A DNA stretch of 64,000 bases from Styela clava (taxonomy: Eukaryota), in the NCBI RefSeq assembly GCF_964204865.1, contig NC_135256.1:15004001-15068000 (forward strand), given 5' to 3'. Within the stretch, counting starts at the first letter, position 1; each line of letters begins with the position of its first letter. The position numbers and the translations under genes were made by a program. This document shows positions 42,001 through 52,311 of this stretch, in pieces. The notes beneath the pieces are model-generated. The model was given only the letters and a program-made list of their open reading frames with translations. It searched no databases and was not told where the DNA came from.

Positions 42001-45000
42001 GCGAGCAACTAGAAGCAAGCATTAAATTGAAAACAGACACAGGTATATATAGATAATATATGATCCATATATTATTATAAGGTATTTCAGTCCTGATACA
42101 GATCTGAGCGGCTGCAGAAACATGGAATTCTACAAGGTTGAAAGATACCATATTCTTCAGATTCAGAATTCATCAGCTATAATCTACTACAAAATGGGTG
42201 AAGCTGTGGGAATGGGTTGTGAGATAGAATGGTAAAACTTTTGCCCCAATATCTGGCACCTGTGAACATCAATATAGTTAGGCCAGCATTTGAAATACTG
42301 TGACAATATCAAACCTTTCTTTTTCCAATGTATCTCTTAATATTTTATTTTCAACTGTTACACTGGAATCCACAGAAGATCTTGTAGTTGTTGTTGGATG
42401 ATTCGAGTTTCCACGTAATATAGAGAATATATTTGAAGTTGCATCATTGTTCATCAAGGCATCTATATCACCTGATGCTGATTCTGGACTTGAAGTAGGC
42501 GGAACAAAATCGGATGGTTGTGCACTAAAAATGAATAAATAAATGTTGGTTTACTGAGATATGAGGTCCCCCATCTGTAACATCCCATCTGTGTTAAATT
42601 AACTTTGCTGTTGTTTAAAAAAAAATGTAAATGTGGCTAGATGGATGGTTGGCTGTTTGTCACTTATTCACTATTTAGAAAAAGATTGGTGGCAGTGCAT
42701 TGAGCAGTTCTACATGAAAGATAATAATCTTGAAGACAAACTTTTATTTGGTGAATAATCTCGCAATATTTTTTGATTTGATTGTCTCCAATATTAGATG
42801 TATGTCAATTGAACAACCTTAGTGATATTCAATTGAATATTCATATTTGACAGTCTTTTGGCAATTCATAAATCGGTGATTCCGACATAAATATTAATTA
42901 TCTGGAGTAGTCAAGCAATGAATACGAAGAAGAAGAATTTATACTGTCATATAATGAATAACTTTTAACTGAAATATAACTTTCACCAAAGGATTTAGTA
43001 TAGTAGTAAATCAAAATACTCCTGAAGTCATTGCCGATAAACCAGGATATCTGTAATTAATATTAAATATTGGTTCCATTACATTTGAACCCACGTACAT
43101 TTGAACCCATGACAATTGCACCTGTATGGTATTGCACCTATGGAATTTTTTTTGTTTCACGGATAGTTAAACCCATACTAACCCTAACCAATGGGTTTTA
43201 GCACCCGCATATAGATTGAACCCGTGGATATACACATGGGTTCAAATATACGTGGGTTCAAATGTACGGTCACCTTAAATATTATTTATAAATATAATAA
43301 ACTCACCTCAGCAATGTTGCAGTATCAGTGCTACGAAAAGATTCGGGACCATCTCCGTCAGTTTTGGTATCCTTAGCACCAAAATACAATTTGTAATCTT
43401 CAGATATGTTCTTCGATTCATTGTTTCCTGGTCAATACAATAAAATGATACAATTTAATACTAGATGATGGTCAACCATGTATCAATATGGCAGGTTATA
43501 GCAGTTTAAACACTGTGCTTCATTCAGGGTATGATAAAATTAGGTTGGTAAATGATGTTCCGGGGGAGGGGGAAGATTTAATATGGCAAACCATGGCTTC
43601 TTTCATGGTTATTAGTCAATGGCGAAAATGAGAAAAATAAGCCAGTTATTCGTTTCAGATGCATGGAGTTGGCGGTGCAGGAAGTCAAAAACCATTCTAC
43701 ATAGAATCTAGATATCCTGTCGCTGTCGCACATAATTATGCCCCACAGGACACAAACCCGCGCAGTGTAATCAGAGATACCATGTCAAACATGCTTCTAA
43801 TGCTTAGAACGATGTACCGAACACAGAGTTCCGCACATATCGATGGATTCTTGTCTGGGCATTGTTCGAAACAAATCCAATTGGAACAAGTGTTCATAAC
43901 TGATTAAGAAGGTGAACTTATAAATATACAAAATCCTTTCTTCCTTCGGCTTACCCAATACTCCATCCATTTTCAGCATTCCTTGCAAATGATTTCTCAC
44001 CGTCTCCATACTGTCGATTGTTTGTTGGCCTTCACTTGTATATTTCACAGCAGCAGTACTTTTTGTGATGTTTTGTTTTGATAACTTTGATGATTTTGTG
44101 CTTGGTACTTTCTGAAGATATAAAAGTTTTTCTTGTCGTTAGCGAAAATATGATAAAATTCAATGCGCAATAATTTAAATGAAACAAAAGCTGAATGACT
44201 CCAACAAGAAAAAAGTAGAATGTCTTCCTCTTTTTATTTTTTTGTTTTATTCTCTCTGCGTTTCGAATACAGGCCATAATGACATCATTAGCTGGTGCAA
44301 CTCTCTAACTTGGATGCCAAAAACAAGTTTAAATAATATACTACTTTATCGTCTGCCGCAGTGTATGGAATAAACAAAGAATGAGTGTGTGAGAGACACC
44401 TGAGTATTCTTTTTCGATGGAACTTTCTTCATTTGATCTCTTGCTTCATTTTTCATTGTATAAGTTTTCTTTCCAACCTCTTTTGGATTGGTCCTTCTAT
44501 TTTCAATTTTCTTCTTCCTCAAATTAGGATCAGGTTTCTCATTTCTGCTCATCTTCGAGGTCTTTCCAAACATTTCAGAACCACTATAATTATAATATAC
44601 ATATATACAGTAAGCGATCCTTGTTTTACGAGATGAAGCTTGAAACACCAAATATACTTCAAATAAATTTCAATTTGGATATTTATTTTTGTAATGCATG
44701 ACATATTGTATGAAAAAAAATAAAATATTAAATAAATTGACAAGACTGACAATATTTCTGATATCAATCAGGTTTCAGCTAAACCAACTACTTTTCCTTT
44801 TTTGCAAAATTGGATTCGTATGCATATAATACTGGGATTGAAGATAATTATTCTGAGTAATTCAAGAGTTTTGTTGCACACATCACGAGAAACATCACAA
44901 AATATTTTGACTGAAATTTACGATGATTTGATCGTATAATTACAGCAAATGCTCTGAATAATGACAGAATAGAATACTGATACTCATGACATATGACACA

Positions 45001-46872
45001 TTCAGATTTATAAACTTTAAGTTACTTCTTTATAGAAATGCCCTGAGCAGGATTTGATTGGAGCAGATGCTAACTTCGTTCTAGTGAAATTATATTGAGT
45101 ATTTAGTGTATTAACCATGAATATCAAATTAAAGAATGAAGACATTTAAAATATAGCGAATATATAATTGAAAGTACAAAAGTATGGATTCAACGATTTG
45201 CTATGTGTAAGTGTAAGTTAAAAAAATTACCTTGGTTTGACATTGCCATTAGGAATTGCTTGTGTTGGTTGTTTCCTTTGTTCCCTAATTCCACTTTGAA
45301 GAGAGAACAAAGATGACAATGGATCTCCAGATATACTTGTTTCCATTTTTTTCATGAAATCAAACAACTTCTGTCTCTCTTCTTCATTTGAAGGAATTCT
45401 GAGAGAATCAAGCATAAAATTGTCATTACTTGAAGTATATTTTAAGTCAGTCTGAGGTGAAGACAATTTTTCCATATTCATCTGATGACTCAAGTTTCTT
45501 CGTGCAGGAGAAGTCGTAGAAACTGTTGAGGAAACGTCTCTTCTTTTTGGAGGAGTGTGAAATGAAATCCTTAATTCTGATTGAAAATCACCTTCACCTG
45601 GTGTGACTTCATCATCAAATCTAACTTTAAACTTTGATGGGGACGTGGAGTATCTATCAGATGGTGATTTACTGCTCATGAGAATAGAATCGTTTTTCTT
45701 AGGACCAGGTGAAATTGACTGCATAGCTTGTTTCTCTTTCTTAAGACTTGTTGCAAGAGATTCCTGCAAATGCTTCGTTATTTCCTGAGCAGCTGATGTA
45801 AACGATCCTGAATCAGCCGTGATGACGGGAGATGAATAACTTGAAAGAGGTTTCACAGGTGATGGTGAAAATCCTGGCTTCATTACTGGGTAATTGATAG
45901 GATCTTCAGTACTAAAAATAAATTTGAAGATTCTGTAATTGTTTGAGTGATACCAATTCATAGTGAGTTTTTCTATAATTTTTTTATATACAAGTTAGCA
46001 CATTGCTGGATGTTAACAAATAATGCTAACATTAGCAGCATGCTTGCTATCATGCAACCAACTACAGTACCCTGTGTAGTTCGTAGGTTCATGTATTGTG
46101 AGATATAATTATGTGTAAAAATTCCTAAAAAAAGGACCATAAATCTATCATTCAACCGCAAATACGGTGTTTAGTGTTTGACTTTAAGTGAACGTATATT
46201 AAACCTTAAATTTTATTCAAAGTGCATCATACCGGAAAAAATTTAAACTATAACACGAAACTGTGGGATTAACGTTGGTTGTTCTAATTTTATACCAACA
46301 AGAACGAAGTGGATCGCAAACCAACAAACCATTAAACTAGGTGAACCACCCTTTTGCTATTTCTACCTAAACACAGAAACAATGGAAAAAATAATTTTAT
46401 AATTTTCAAGTGAGAAACATGGCCTTAGCCAGTTGACTGATATCTGGATATGCAGATAAACAGGGCTTTCTGAACTGCTGAAAACAGAATTATTAAATCA
46501 AAATTGCCAAGAGCCCAATTTATTTGCCATTTCAGCAATTTGTGCCGAGATGATCTAAGTACTGGAGTACTAAAAATTAATTCACAATGAAATCAGGACA
46601 AAGACAAAAAAATTCAGAGCACAGAATCGTACATATTTTCAGCAAATTCAGAAACTCGTTAACCCTGAAACCTGCGTCACATAAAGGTAGACTACGTTAG
46701 AAAATTTAAAAATCTACATGATATTCCTGTATTCTGATATTTATCCTCACCTATTTAAAGAATCCAGTGGAGCTAAAGAATTTTTCAATTTCGTATCGTG
46801 TGGAGTACTAGTTTCTGAAGTTGACAATGGCTCAATTCCACTCAAAAACTCTTGTTCGCCGACAAAGTCCAT
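12010..46872 (-). CDS. CNTROB: Centrobin (daughter-centriole coiled-coil protein), >20 exons. Examples: 46872-46751, ~45911-45231, ~44583-44400, ~44111-43935, ~43427-43307, ~42525-42315, ~41893-41764, 40747-40631, ~40356-40243, ~39434-39297, 39056-38982, 25905-25696, 18334-18257, ~17750-17620, ~17247-17160, several between 16420 and 12485, last 12102-12010
   Basis: Spliced translation gives centrobin hallmarks: IDSMETVRNHLQGML; STDTATLL; RYRRNHCEKQIQKLQNKILEIQQELAVGQSVARKKDMMIEQLDK|TLAKVVDGW; EMEKK|VTEKL...HHKQ|VMDITKSHQMEL; MQNLLQAHYNE; QLSDVSRMLGSY...AEKLLSYL; C-terminal WR-stop. Intron phases are consistent across the junctions checked. Some middle exon boundaries are approximate. Confidence 0.88.
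15085..15299. mobile_element. MULE-like foldback MITE in a CNTROB intron
   Basis: Degenerate TIRs (ggaaaattcacc...ggcgaatttttc). 9-bp TSD gtgcctaat/gtgcctaac. Central accctaaccct motif. Confidence 0.7.
16565..16995 (+). mobile_element. Old hAT/Charlie(Buster)-type non-autonomous element
   Basis: Ends ccgtgtttcccaacc...gattaggaaccactg resemble CAGTG(G/T)TTCCCAA TIRs. Internal cca tct cac taa (PSH-stop) near 16796-16807 resembles a Charlie transposase C-terminus. TSD degraded. Confidence 0.55.
19356..21427 (+). CDS. Chondroitin synthase/CHPF-like type II membrane glycosyltransferase (GalNAc-T half only, degenerate active site), ~483 aa; exons 19356-20027, 20416-20602, 20835-21427; nested in a CNTROB intron
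   Basis: N-terminal signal-anchor LRILAGFILGLSGNFI. Motifs ENGYMRTDVFRGTDYILDV, IHIIAPVSG, KRVYFPIAFSQYDP, GYW..., CAYKEDL, VISAVEPDLIRIY, YCFKTAAEMLGSKPTL are typical of the CHSY/CHPF family. GT-AG junctions in frame. Confidence 0.8.
23010..23296 (-). mobile_element. Helentron/DINE-1-like non-autonomous element, copy 1
   Basis: Reverse-complement match to 48601-49000: aatcaataggcttctggtccgag, atgcacatgcaaaatttggagcagatt, (CAGA)n microsatellite, subterminal gataagtaa / tgacttatcgatc. Confidence 0.75.
23496..23833. mobile_element. Degraded hAT-type MITE
   Basis: Starts caggggtgtgcaac, with GC-rich ggcccccc near the other end. Right TIR and TSD poorly preserved. Confidence 0.4.
24195..25499. 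mobile_element. Degraded Tc1/mariner-pogo-like element (possibly composite)
   Basis: Ends ataccg.../...tatacggta. Repeated subterminal ttattcaagcac/cccttatt motifs. CpG-rich relative to flanks. No intact ORF. Confidence 0.4.
26330..28760 (+). mobile_element. Old tRNA-derived SINE split by the hAT insertion at 26390-28583; related copies at ~31633-31855 and ~36670-36860
   Basis: tRNA-like head (gatagcctagaagttaaagcgttagact). Shared body blocks gtaggcaatg(c/t)cgaatc and gatatcagtg.ct.cttgta.agagccttgttc recur in three places. Confidence 0.5.
26390..28583. mobile_element. Non-autonomous hAT element, 2.2 kb
   Basis: TIRs taggggtgggcaaaa...ttttgcccagcccta. Perfect 8-bp TSD CAAATGAC (26382-26389 / 28584-28591). 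Subterminal cgaata/tattcg arrays at both ends. No transposase ORF. Confidence 0.9.
28953..32282 (+). CDS. Single-pass LRR membrane protein (signal peptide, LRRNT, ~6 LRRs, LRRCT, Ser/Thr stalk, TM, short basic tail), ~392 aa; exons 28953-29226, 29737-29835, 29936-30131, 30794-30908, 31287-31443, 31945-32282; nested in CNTROB
   Basis: MDICIMYYILIPLSIF signal; CPPAC...CKC...IDCNGKNLTSIP LRRNT; INLQGNNITSI, IDLSYNKITEL, LDLSRNNITVIPSTAF; NTWNCSC...CSSP...C LRRCT; TM WVVVLIVIVVLILISFIAISIW; ends ETTL. Exon lengths sum to 1179 nt, in frame. Confidence 0.85.
30358..30703. mobile_element. hAT/Charlie-type MITE in intron 3 of the TM-LRR gene
   Basis: TIRs cagtgcttctcaacc...gtttgggaaacactg. 8-bp TSD ctctaagc/ctctaagt. 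Confidence 0.85.
32930..33316. mobile_element. pogo/Tigger-like MITE
   Basis: TIRs tatcctgtttccccgaaaata...tattttcggggaaacacggta with TA flanks. Internal cttatttt-ggggg repeats. Confidence 0.75.
33358..34217 (+). mobile_element. Charlie/Buster hAT deletion derivative
   Basis: Ends cagcggttcccaaa...tttgggaagccctg. 33992-34036 translates LDLLCSKNHSHPSH-stop, typical of a Charlie/Buster transposase C-terminus. TSD not matching. Confidence 0.65.
35448..38105 (+). CDS. Probable GPI-anchored LRR protein (signal peptide, LRRNT, ~7 LRRs, degenerate LRRCT, Thr-rich stalk, hydrophobic C-terminus), ~344 aa; exons 35448-35780, 36198-36284, 36367-36549, 37208-37439, 37906-38105; nested in CNTROB
   Basis: Signal FKLLVLFGIVHITLG; ACDVCVC...SCSNPNLTTVP; LELNNNKISTIEDDSFKDL, IDLSNNGITTIDEDAFKGL, LDITGNKL; C-terminus TCPGSG-FKNRPD-IFLLLVAMLMIILHR with no cytoplasmic tail. 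Exon lengths sum to 1035 nt, in frame. Confidence 0.85.
39616..40073. mobile_element. hAT-type MITE, apparently inside an older gagtc-rich element (~39552-40180)
   Basis: Ends cagtggttcttaaac...ggttgagaaagattg, with cgaaccc subterminal repeats. Flanks carry repeated gagtca motifs and a cagtgttg start. Confidence 0.55.
43072..43274 (+). mobile_element. MULE-like foldback MITE family A, copy 1
   Basis: ggttccattacatttgaaccc...gggttcaaatgtacggtcacc. Perfect 9-bp TSD TTAAATATT. Near-identical to 51182-51384. Confidence 0.9.
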
Positions 46873-48111
46873 AGGGAAACCAAAACTGTGAAGACTCCGC
46901 CGTCTACTGACAAAAATACGTTTCAAAGTACTGGTCCAAACGGCGCCGAAATGATGTTTACACTCTGGCCCGACATCTCACGGCGATGAAGACTACAGGA
47001 AGATTTTCATGAAATCAAATAGATGTTTCCCAAAGCCTCTACTAGTCTACTTCCTCCTTCACTTCCTTAACATTGACTAATCAGCAAGATGCAGAAGGTG
47101 AGGTTATAATTGAGCAACTGCTCAGGCACTTTTTTCACTCAGACAGATTTTTAGGCATGGTGATAAAACGTAAATGAATACTAATACAATAGCTTGGGTA
47201 AACGATAGCTCGTTTTCGTGGTTTCGCTAGCCATTTGTAAGTTTTAAGTTATATTACTCTAATTTAGGTATAGTTCAAATAACTCGATTTTTTTTCCTTC
47301 CATGAAATTTTAGTTTAGTTGCAGTAAGCAAATATTAATCTCGAAAAAATTGCTATGGGCTAGGCCTTAATTAGGTATTAGTACATTTCTAATGGCGGGT
47401 TATATCATATTTTGAATAAATATTGTGGTTATAAAACATTTAAATTAGGCTATAAACATCAAATCGACAAAATATTTCAATAGTAGGAATTAAGAATTTA
47501 GCCACCATTTAGAAATGGTTAGCCACAGACAGAATTTATCTTGGGTCAAGTTCGGGACAACATCAAATCTTGAAAACCAGGATTCTGAAATCCCGGCTTT
47601 CAACTCATTGTTCTGGTCACGATATCGGCCAATTTTATTAAAACGCCGCTGATTTTCCGTTTCGGCAAATCTTACTTTCATATTTGATTATTCAGCAAGT
47701 TACGTCCGACTCCGAATTGACATGAAATTCGGCCAGAAATCGGTTATTAACAATTTAATCTCTGACTTCAAAATTGAAATTATGCCTCCTGATCTAAAGT
47801 TCTGTTCACTTAATTCTTCTGACTCTTTTCAGATCAATACAGGAGGCTCTATTTTCCCATAATCTAGACGTCCCCGTTCATTTCCATAATGATGACCAAT
47901 CACCAACGAGTTAATGATGACGTAACAGTTGAGATCCCTACAAGCGACGAGACTCCAGTTTCATTCTGGCAGCTTTCAAACATGGTTGTAGTATTCCTTC
48001 GTTTACCTATCCAAGAATTAATTTAATGGTCATTATATCTTTCGAGGAGTTTTAGTTTAAATAGAATAATCCGAAATCAGTCCAGAAAAAGCTACGATAT
48101 AGACTTGTATG

Positions 48112-48190
48112 GGTACTCCTGAAGCATGCGCACCAAGATGTCGCATAACCTGAACCCTAACCTGGTACACAACCTGAGTTCAGGAGGTCC
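48112..48190. mobile_element. 79-bp foldback MITE
   Basis: ggtactcctgaa...ttcaggaggtcc. TSD cttgtatg/cttgcatg. Central aaccctaacc. Confidence 0.65.
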
Positions 48191-48600
48191 CTTGCATGAT
48201 ATTAGGTTGAACATGTAAACTAGTTATTAAGTGCCAACTCCCAAAGGTGCATTCAATAAAAAAGTTCGCAGTGGTAAAGTATAGGGAGAGTATGAGGAGT
48301 AAAAGTAGGCTATAAGAAAGCGGATCGGGGAAACATCCATTATTACCACGCAGTCTGTACCGACAATCTTGGCTTTAATTTATGAAATTATGAGTCATGT
48401 TTATGTTTTCCAATTGAAAAATAAAGTAAACTTCTATTGCCAAGTTAGACGCCTCAATATTCACCAATCGTTTGTATTCATGTTTATTTGTTTATGTTTG
48501 TTGTGATTTGTTTTCTTCTTTCTTCGGTGCGTGAAACGTTTAAGTTATAAACTTATTGTTAGGTTTTTGTTCACTTTTCAGATTCTTCGCCATTCTCTTT

Positions 48601-49000
48601 TTACTTATCGATCTTAAGATCGGTAAGTATATTGATAGGTATTTGTCTGTATGTCTGTCTGTCTGTGTGTCTGTGTGTGTGTCTGTTAGATGCACGCGAT
48701 ATCTCACGAAAGCGAGATTGAATCTGCTCCAGATTTTGCATGTGCATTCATCTTATCTCGGACCAGAAGCCTATTGATTTTGGGCGAATTATGTCGTATA
48801 ATTAGCGAGTTATCAATCAATTATTGATATAGTGATCTAGATTTTTGTAAAGCGAGAGAATTTTGAAACCCGCCGAGTGTGTGTGTGCGATGCGCAGTGC
48901 GCAAGTTACAAGAGCGGATGAATCGAAACTGCAGTTTCTGTTTTGGGGGATCCCCTAACTATCGATCGATAAGTCATCGGTTTCCAACCGATATTCTCGT
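48601..49000 (+). mobile_element. Helentron/DINE-1-like non-autonomous element, copy 2 (more complete)
   Basis: 5' palindrome/subTIR ttacttatcgatcttaagatcggtaagta; (GTCT)n/(GT)n microsatellite; 3' subTIR gatcgataagtca followed by hairpin atcggtt-tcc-aaccgat; T-rich flanks; no TSD. This is the DINE-1/HINE architecture. Confidence 0.8.
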
Positions 49001-51181
49001 TTGAGTATTGTTTTATTTTTTGCGAATGAATCGAAATAAAATCTATCTATCTACCTTTGTAGATACTACCTTTGTGTTTATATTTAATTAACGATATCAC
49101 TAATTATTATAATTTAAATATATACTTGAATAACCATACGGGTGCGGCAAAATAGCTTTGCCACCCGGTATATACCAATGTACCAAGAACATCTTTAAAA
49201 TATTTTGTAGACGTATGAACATGAAATAAATCCATTTTATCCTGAAAACGAAAGCTTCATGAGGCACTGAAAAAATATTCAAATTCCATAATCACGTTGC
49301 TTATAATCTGATTATATTTTTCGGTAAATCGTTCAAGTATACTTATTGAAAAAAATAAAATAAAAAACTATTGGGCTGCCACGCGATGTAGTACAACACA
49401 TGCCACAGTTATTGCATTATGTCATTTTAAGGGAGGACTCTTCGTTTTCGATTGATTTTGCATGTTTAACCTAATAGCCTGTCGAGTTGGATTAAATAAA
49501 TAGATGAATAATATTCACTGCTCAAAAATTTTAACAAATAATGTTGTTACCAAAATACAGTTTCATAAATCAAAATCTCGGCGATAACAAAACCACAACC
49601 CGTGTAATTACTACTCCTAATAGTCGAAGAAGAGATTCCACCAGAGCCAGAGAAGATTGATTGACAGTAAATTTAATTTTAGCAATAATGGTATTGGTAA
49701 ATGCGGTTTTAACAATTCATTTGGGGTTTCTAAATTATATGTGTTTCTATCTTTTTTCAGGGAGAATTGAGTTACAAACTAAAATCGCTGTCTGGAACAG
49801 TAATTTTAAACATGAGCGTTTGTGTGTTATTGGTTGCATTTAAATTCAGCATTTTAGAAAATTGGTGAAAGATTTAATTACGGTACATTCATCAGTCACG
49901 GGGAGGTTCCTGCCATGAAAGTCTGCAAAATTAGGCGTAGACGCTTGTATTAGATGCTGCAATAATAACCAGGAGAATTATTTCAATTTCATCGTAACAC
50001 TATTTTCAAATCTGCGTAAAATACTTGTTGTACAGCTCACAGACTAGAACGTCATATAGCACGCGTAAAGTCGTTTCATTTGCATTGGATAAACTAACAT
50101 GAGATCACTGTGTCATTTGTTGATTGAAGATAAGTAACCCATACTACAACCGCATATTTCCAAGCCTATATCTACCTTGTAGCGGCATTTAACTTTTCGT
50201 GACGACTTGAGGAAGTTATGCTGCAGTACTTCCTGCTGCCCTGTGGTATGATATGACTAAAGCAGAAAATAATCACCAGATGACAATAAACAGTAACTTT
50301 CCAGCCATTTGGAAAAGGGTGAATCGATGTCTGTCGATGTTTATTTATTCCACAAATAAATTCGGCAGTGCCATGTTTGATCGCGCGCGATAAGAAGTAG
50401 CTATGTCGACGATATCGAAGCTGTGTGTAATCATGACAAAAGGCGGCGGTTTTGAGAGTTCTTCGACTCACTACAGCATAAAAAAATAGAAATTTGACAC
50501 CACGAACAATCAATTTGAGCTACGCTTTTGTATGAAAATACTTTTGTCGCTGGACTTAGTGTACTTAAGTATGAATAATCCTTATTCGTTTCCCCGAGGC
50601 TATCGATGGAAACATTTATGAGGGGGTTACAGCTGTATTGTTATGGGTTTTTAATCAACTGACAGTTATGTTAAAGCTCGTTATTATTTCATTACTATGA
50701 GTGTGGATCTAGATACCAACACAATATTCTGAAACATACATTATGCATGCAAATTATTAGGATATGTTACCTTACTGGCACTGTCAAATATGCAACGCAG
50801 CGAAGATATAGATAATATTCCTATGTCAGGAGAGTACACTTTTAAATATGCTTGGCCAGATATAAAATTGAGTGACAGAATCATCGAATTTATCCGTTTG
50901 GTATTAAACTATCGTGCTCAGGCAATGATCAAGATCGATGTTAATCTTGAGATGTACCTACTCAATACCGCGGGAAATCATTGATTCGTCAAGCTATTTT
51001 TAGATGATCGACAATGCAAAGATACAATGTGCTTCTAAATAACGCTATGAAAATGACATCAAACTTTAAAAAAATAGGTGGAATTTCATTAAAATAGAGA
51101 AAAAAACGCGAAATGAAACAATATGTGAATGTTTATGAAGATATAACGATTCGTTTTGTTTTTTTTCAACGTAATTCTGTG

Positions 51182-51384
51182 GGTTCCATTACATTTGAAC
51201 CCACGTACATTTGAACCCATGACAATTTCACCTGTATGCTATTGCACCTATGGAATTTTTTTTGTTTCACGGATAGTTAAACCCATACTAACCCTAACCC
51301 ATGGGTTTTAGCACCCGCATATAGATTGAACCCGTGGATATACGCATGGATTCAAATGTACATGGGTTCAAATGTACGGTCACC
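51182..51384 (+). mobile_element. MULE-like foldback MITE family A, copy 2
   Basis: Near-identical to 43072-43274. TSD aattctgtg/aattctgta. Confidence 0.9.
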
Positions 51385-52311
51385 AATTCTGTACGCCCAT
51401 GTGCAATGTCTATATACTGGTGGAATAGGCCGTGTGGCTAACGCTAGTTTATCATATGTAGTGTAGGCCCTATTTGTTTCAGTCAAATATTGTTGTTGCA
51501 CTTATTCTAGTTGCGTACTTTGCCTCTTGTCGGAATCGGACTGCGAATTATTATTATAACCGTTCACGATTCCGAAGTGCACTTCACAATTGTCAGCTTC
51601 TGTTATGTCGAGCTTGCCCCATATATATTGCGTTGAAATACAAGACACAACTTAAATTTGTCGTTTTGAAAAACGTATAAGCTTATCGTGAGAAGTGGGC
51701 ATGTATCGATCGCTTCAAGTCAGACTGGAGAGAAACATAGTCGGCCGTTCGGCAGTGGAGTGAAACGCGAGAAACGTCAACAAACACAGAAGGACCACTC
51801 TTACAGGTCGTTGTATTTTGCTCGTCAAACCTTTGAAGGGGAGTTTATGGATTTAGAAATATATAGATTTATTGAGCGAACAGGAATTTTTATTGTTTGT
51901 TTGAGGTTTTTAAAAATTACAAATTAATGCGAGAGTCACTTACTAGAATCATACATTGCGCATCTAGGAGTTTCTGGTCAGTTATTTTTCAATCCCGAAA
52001 GTTAATTTTATGAATTTGTTGTTTGTGGTGAGAGAATTTAGTATCTGCATCTGTTTAACGCGTTTAGCACCAACCATTTGAAAGTGTTTATTTCTAAATT
52101 GGTTAATCGATTAATCCATATCCGTGTAGTCCAATCCTACAGTGTTCGAAGCAAAAAAGTGGGTTTAGTTTTAGTTTTGTGGTTGGGTTTTGTGCTATGT
52201 AAAATAGGTCCAGAACCAGAGTGGAAACTCAGTGATTATGGACATAAGTTTCCGATGCTGCATGAATCATTAACCAATTAGCAAATTTGTCAGACCACAA
52301 CAGTTGATATG

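Noticed and set aside
43020-43050. Possible 31-nt CNTROB micro-exon (AG...GT flanked)
   Set aside because: The flanking exons already join in phase 2, and including it would shift the frame.
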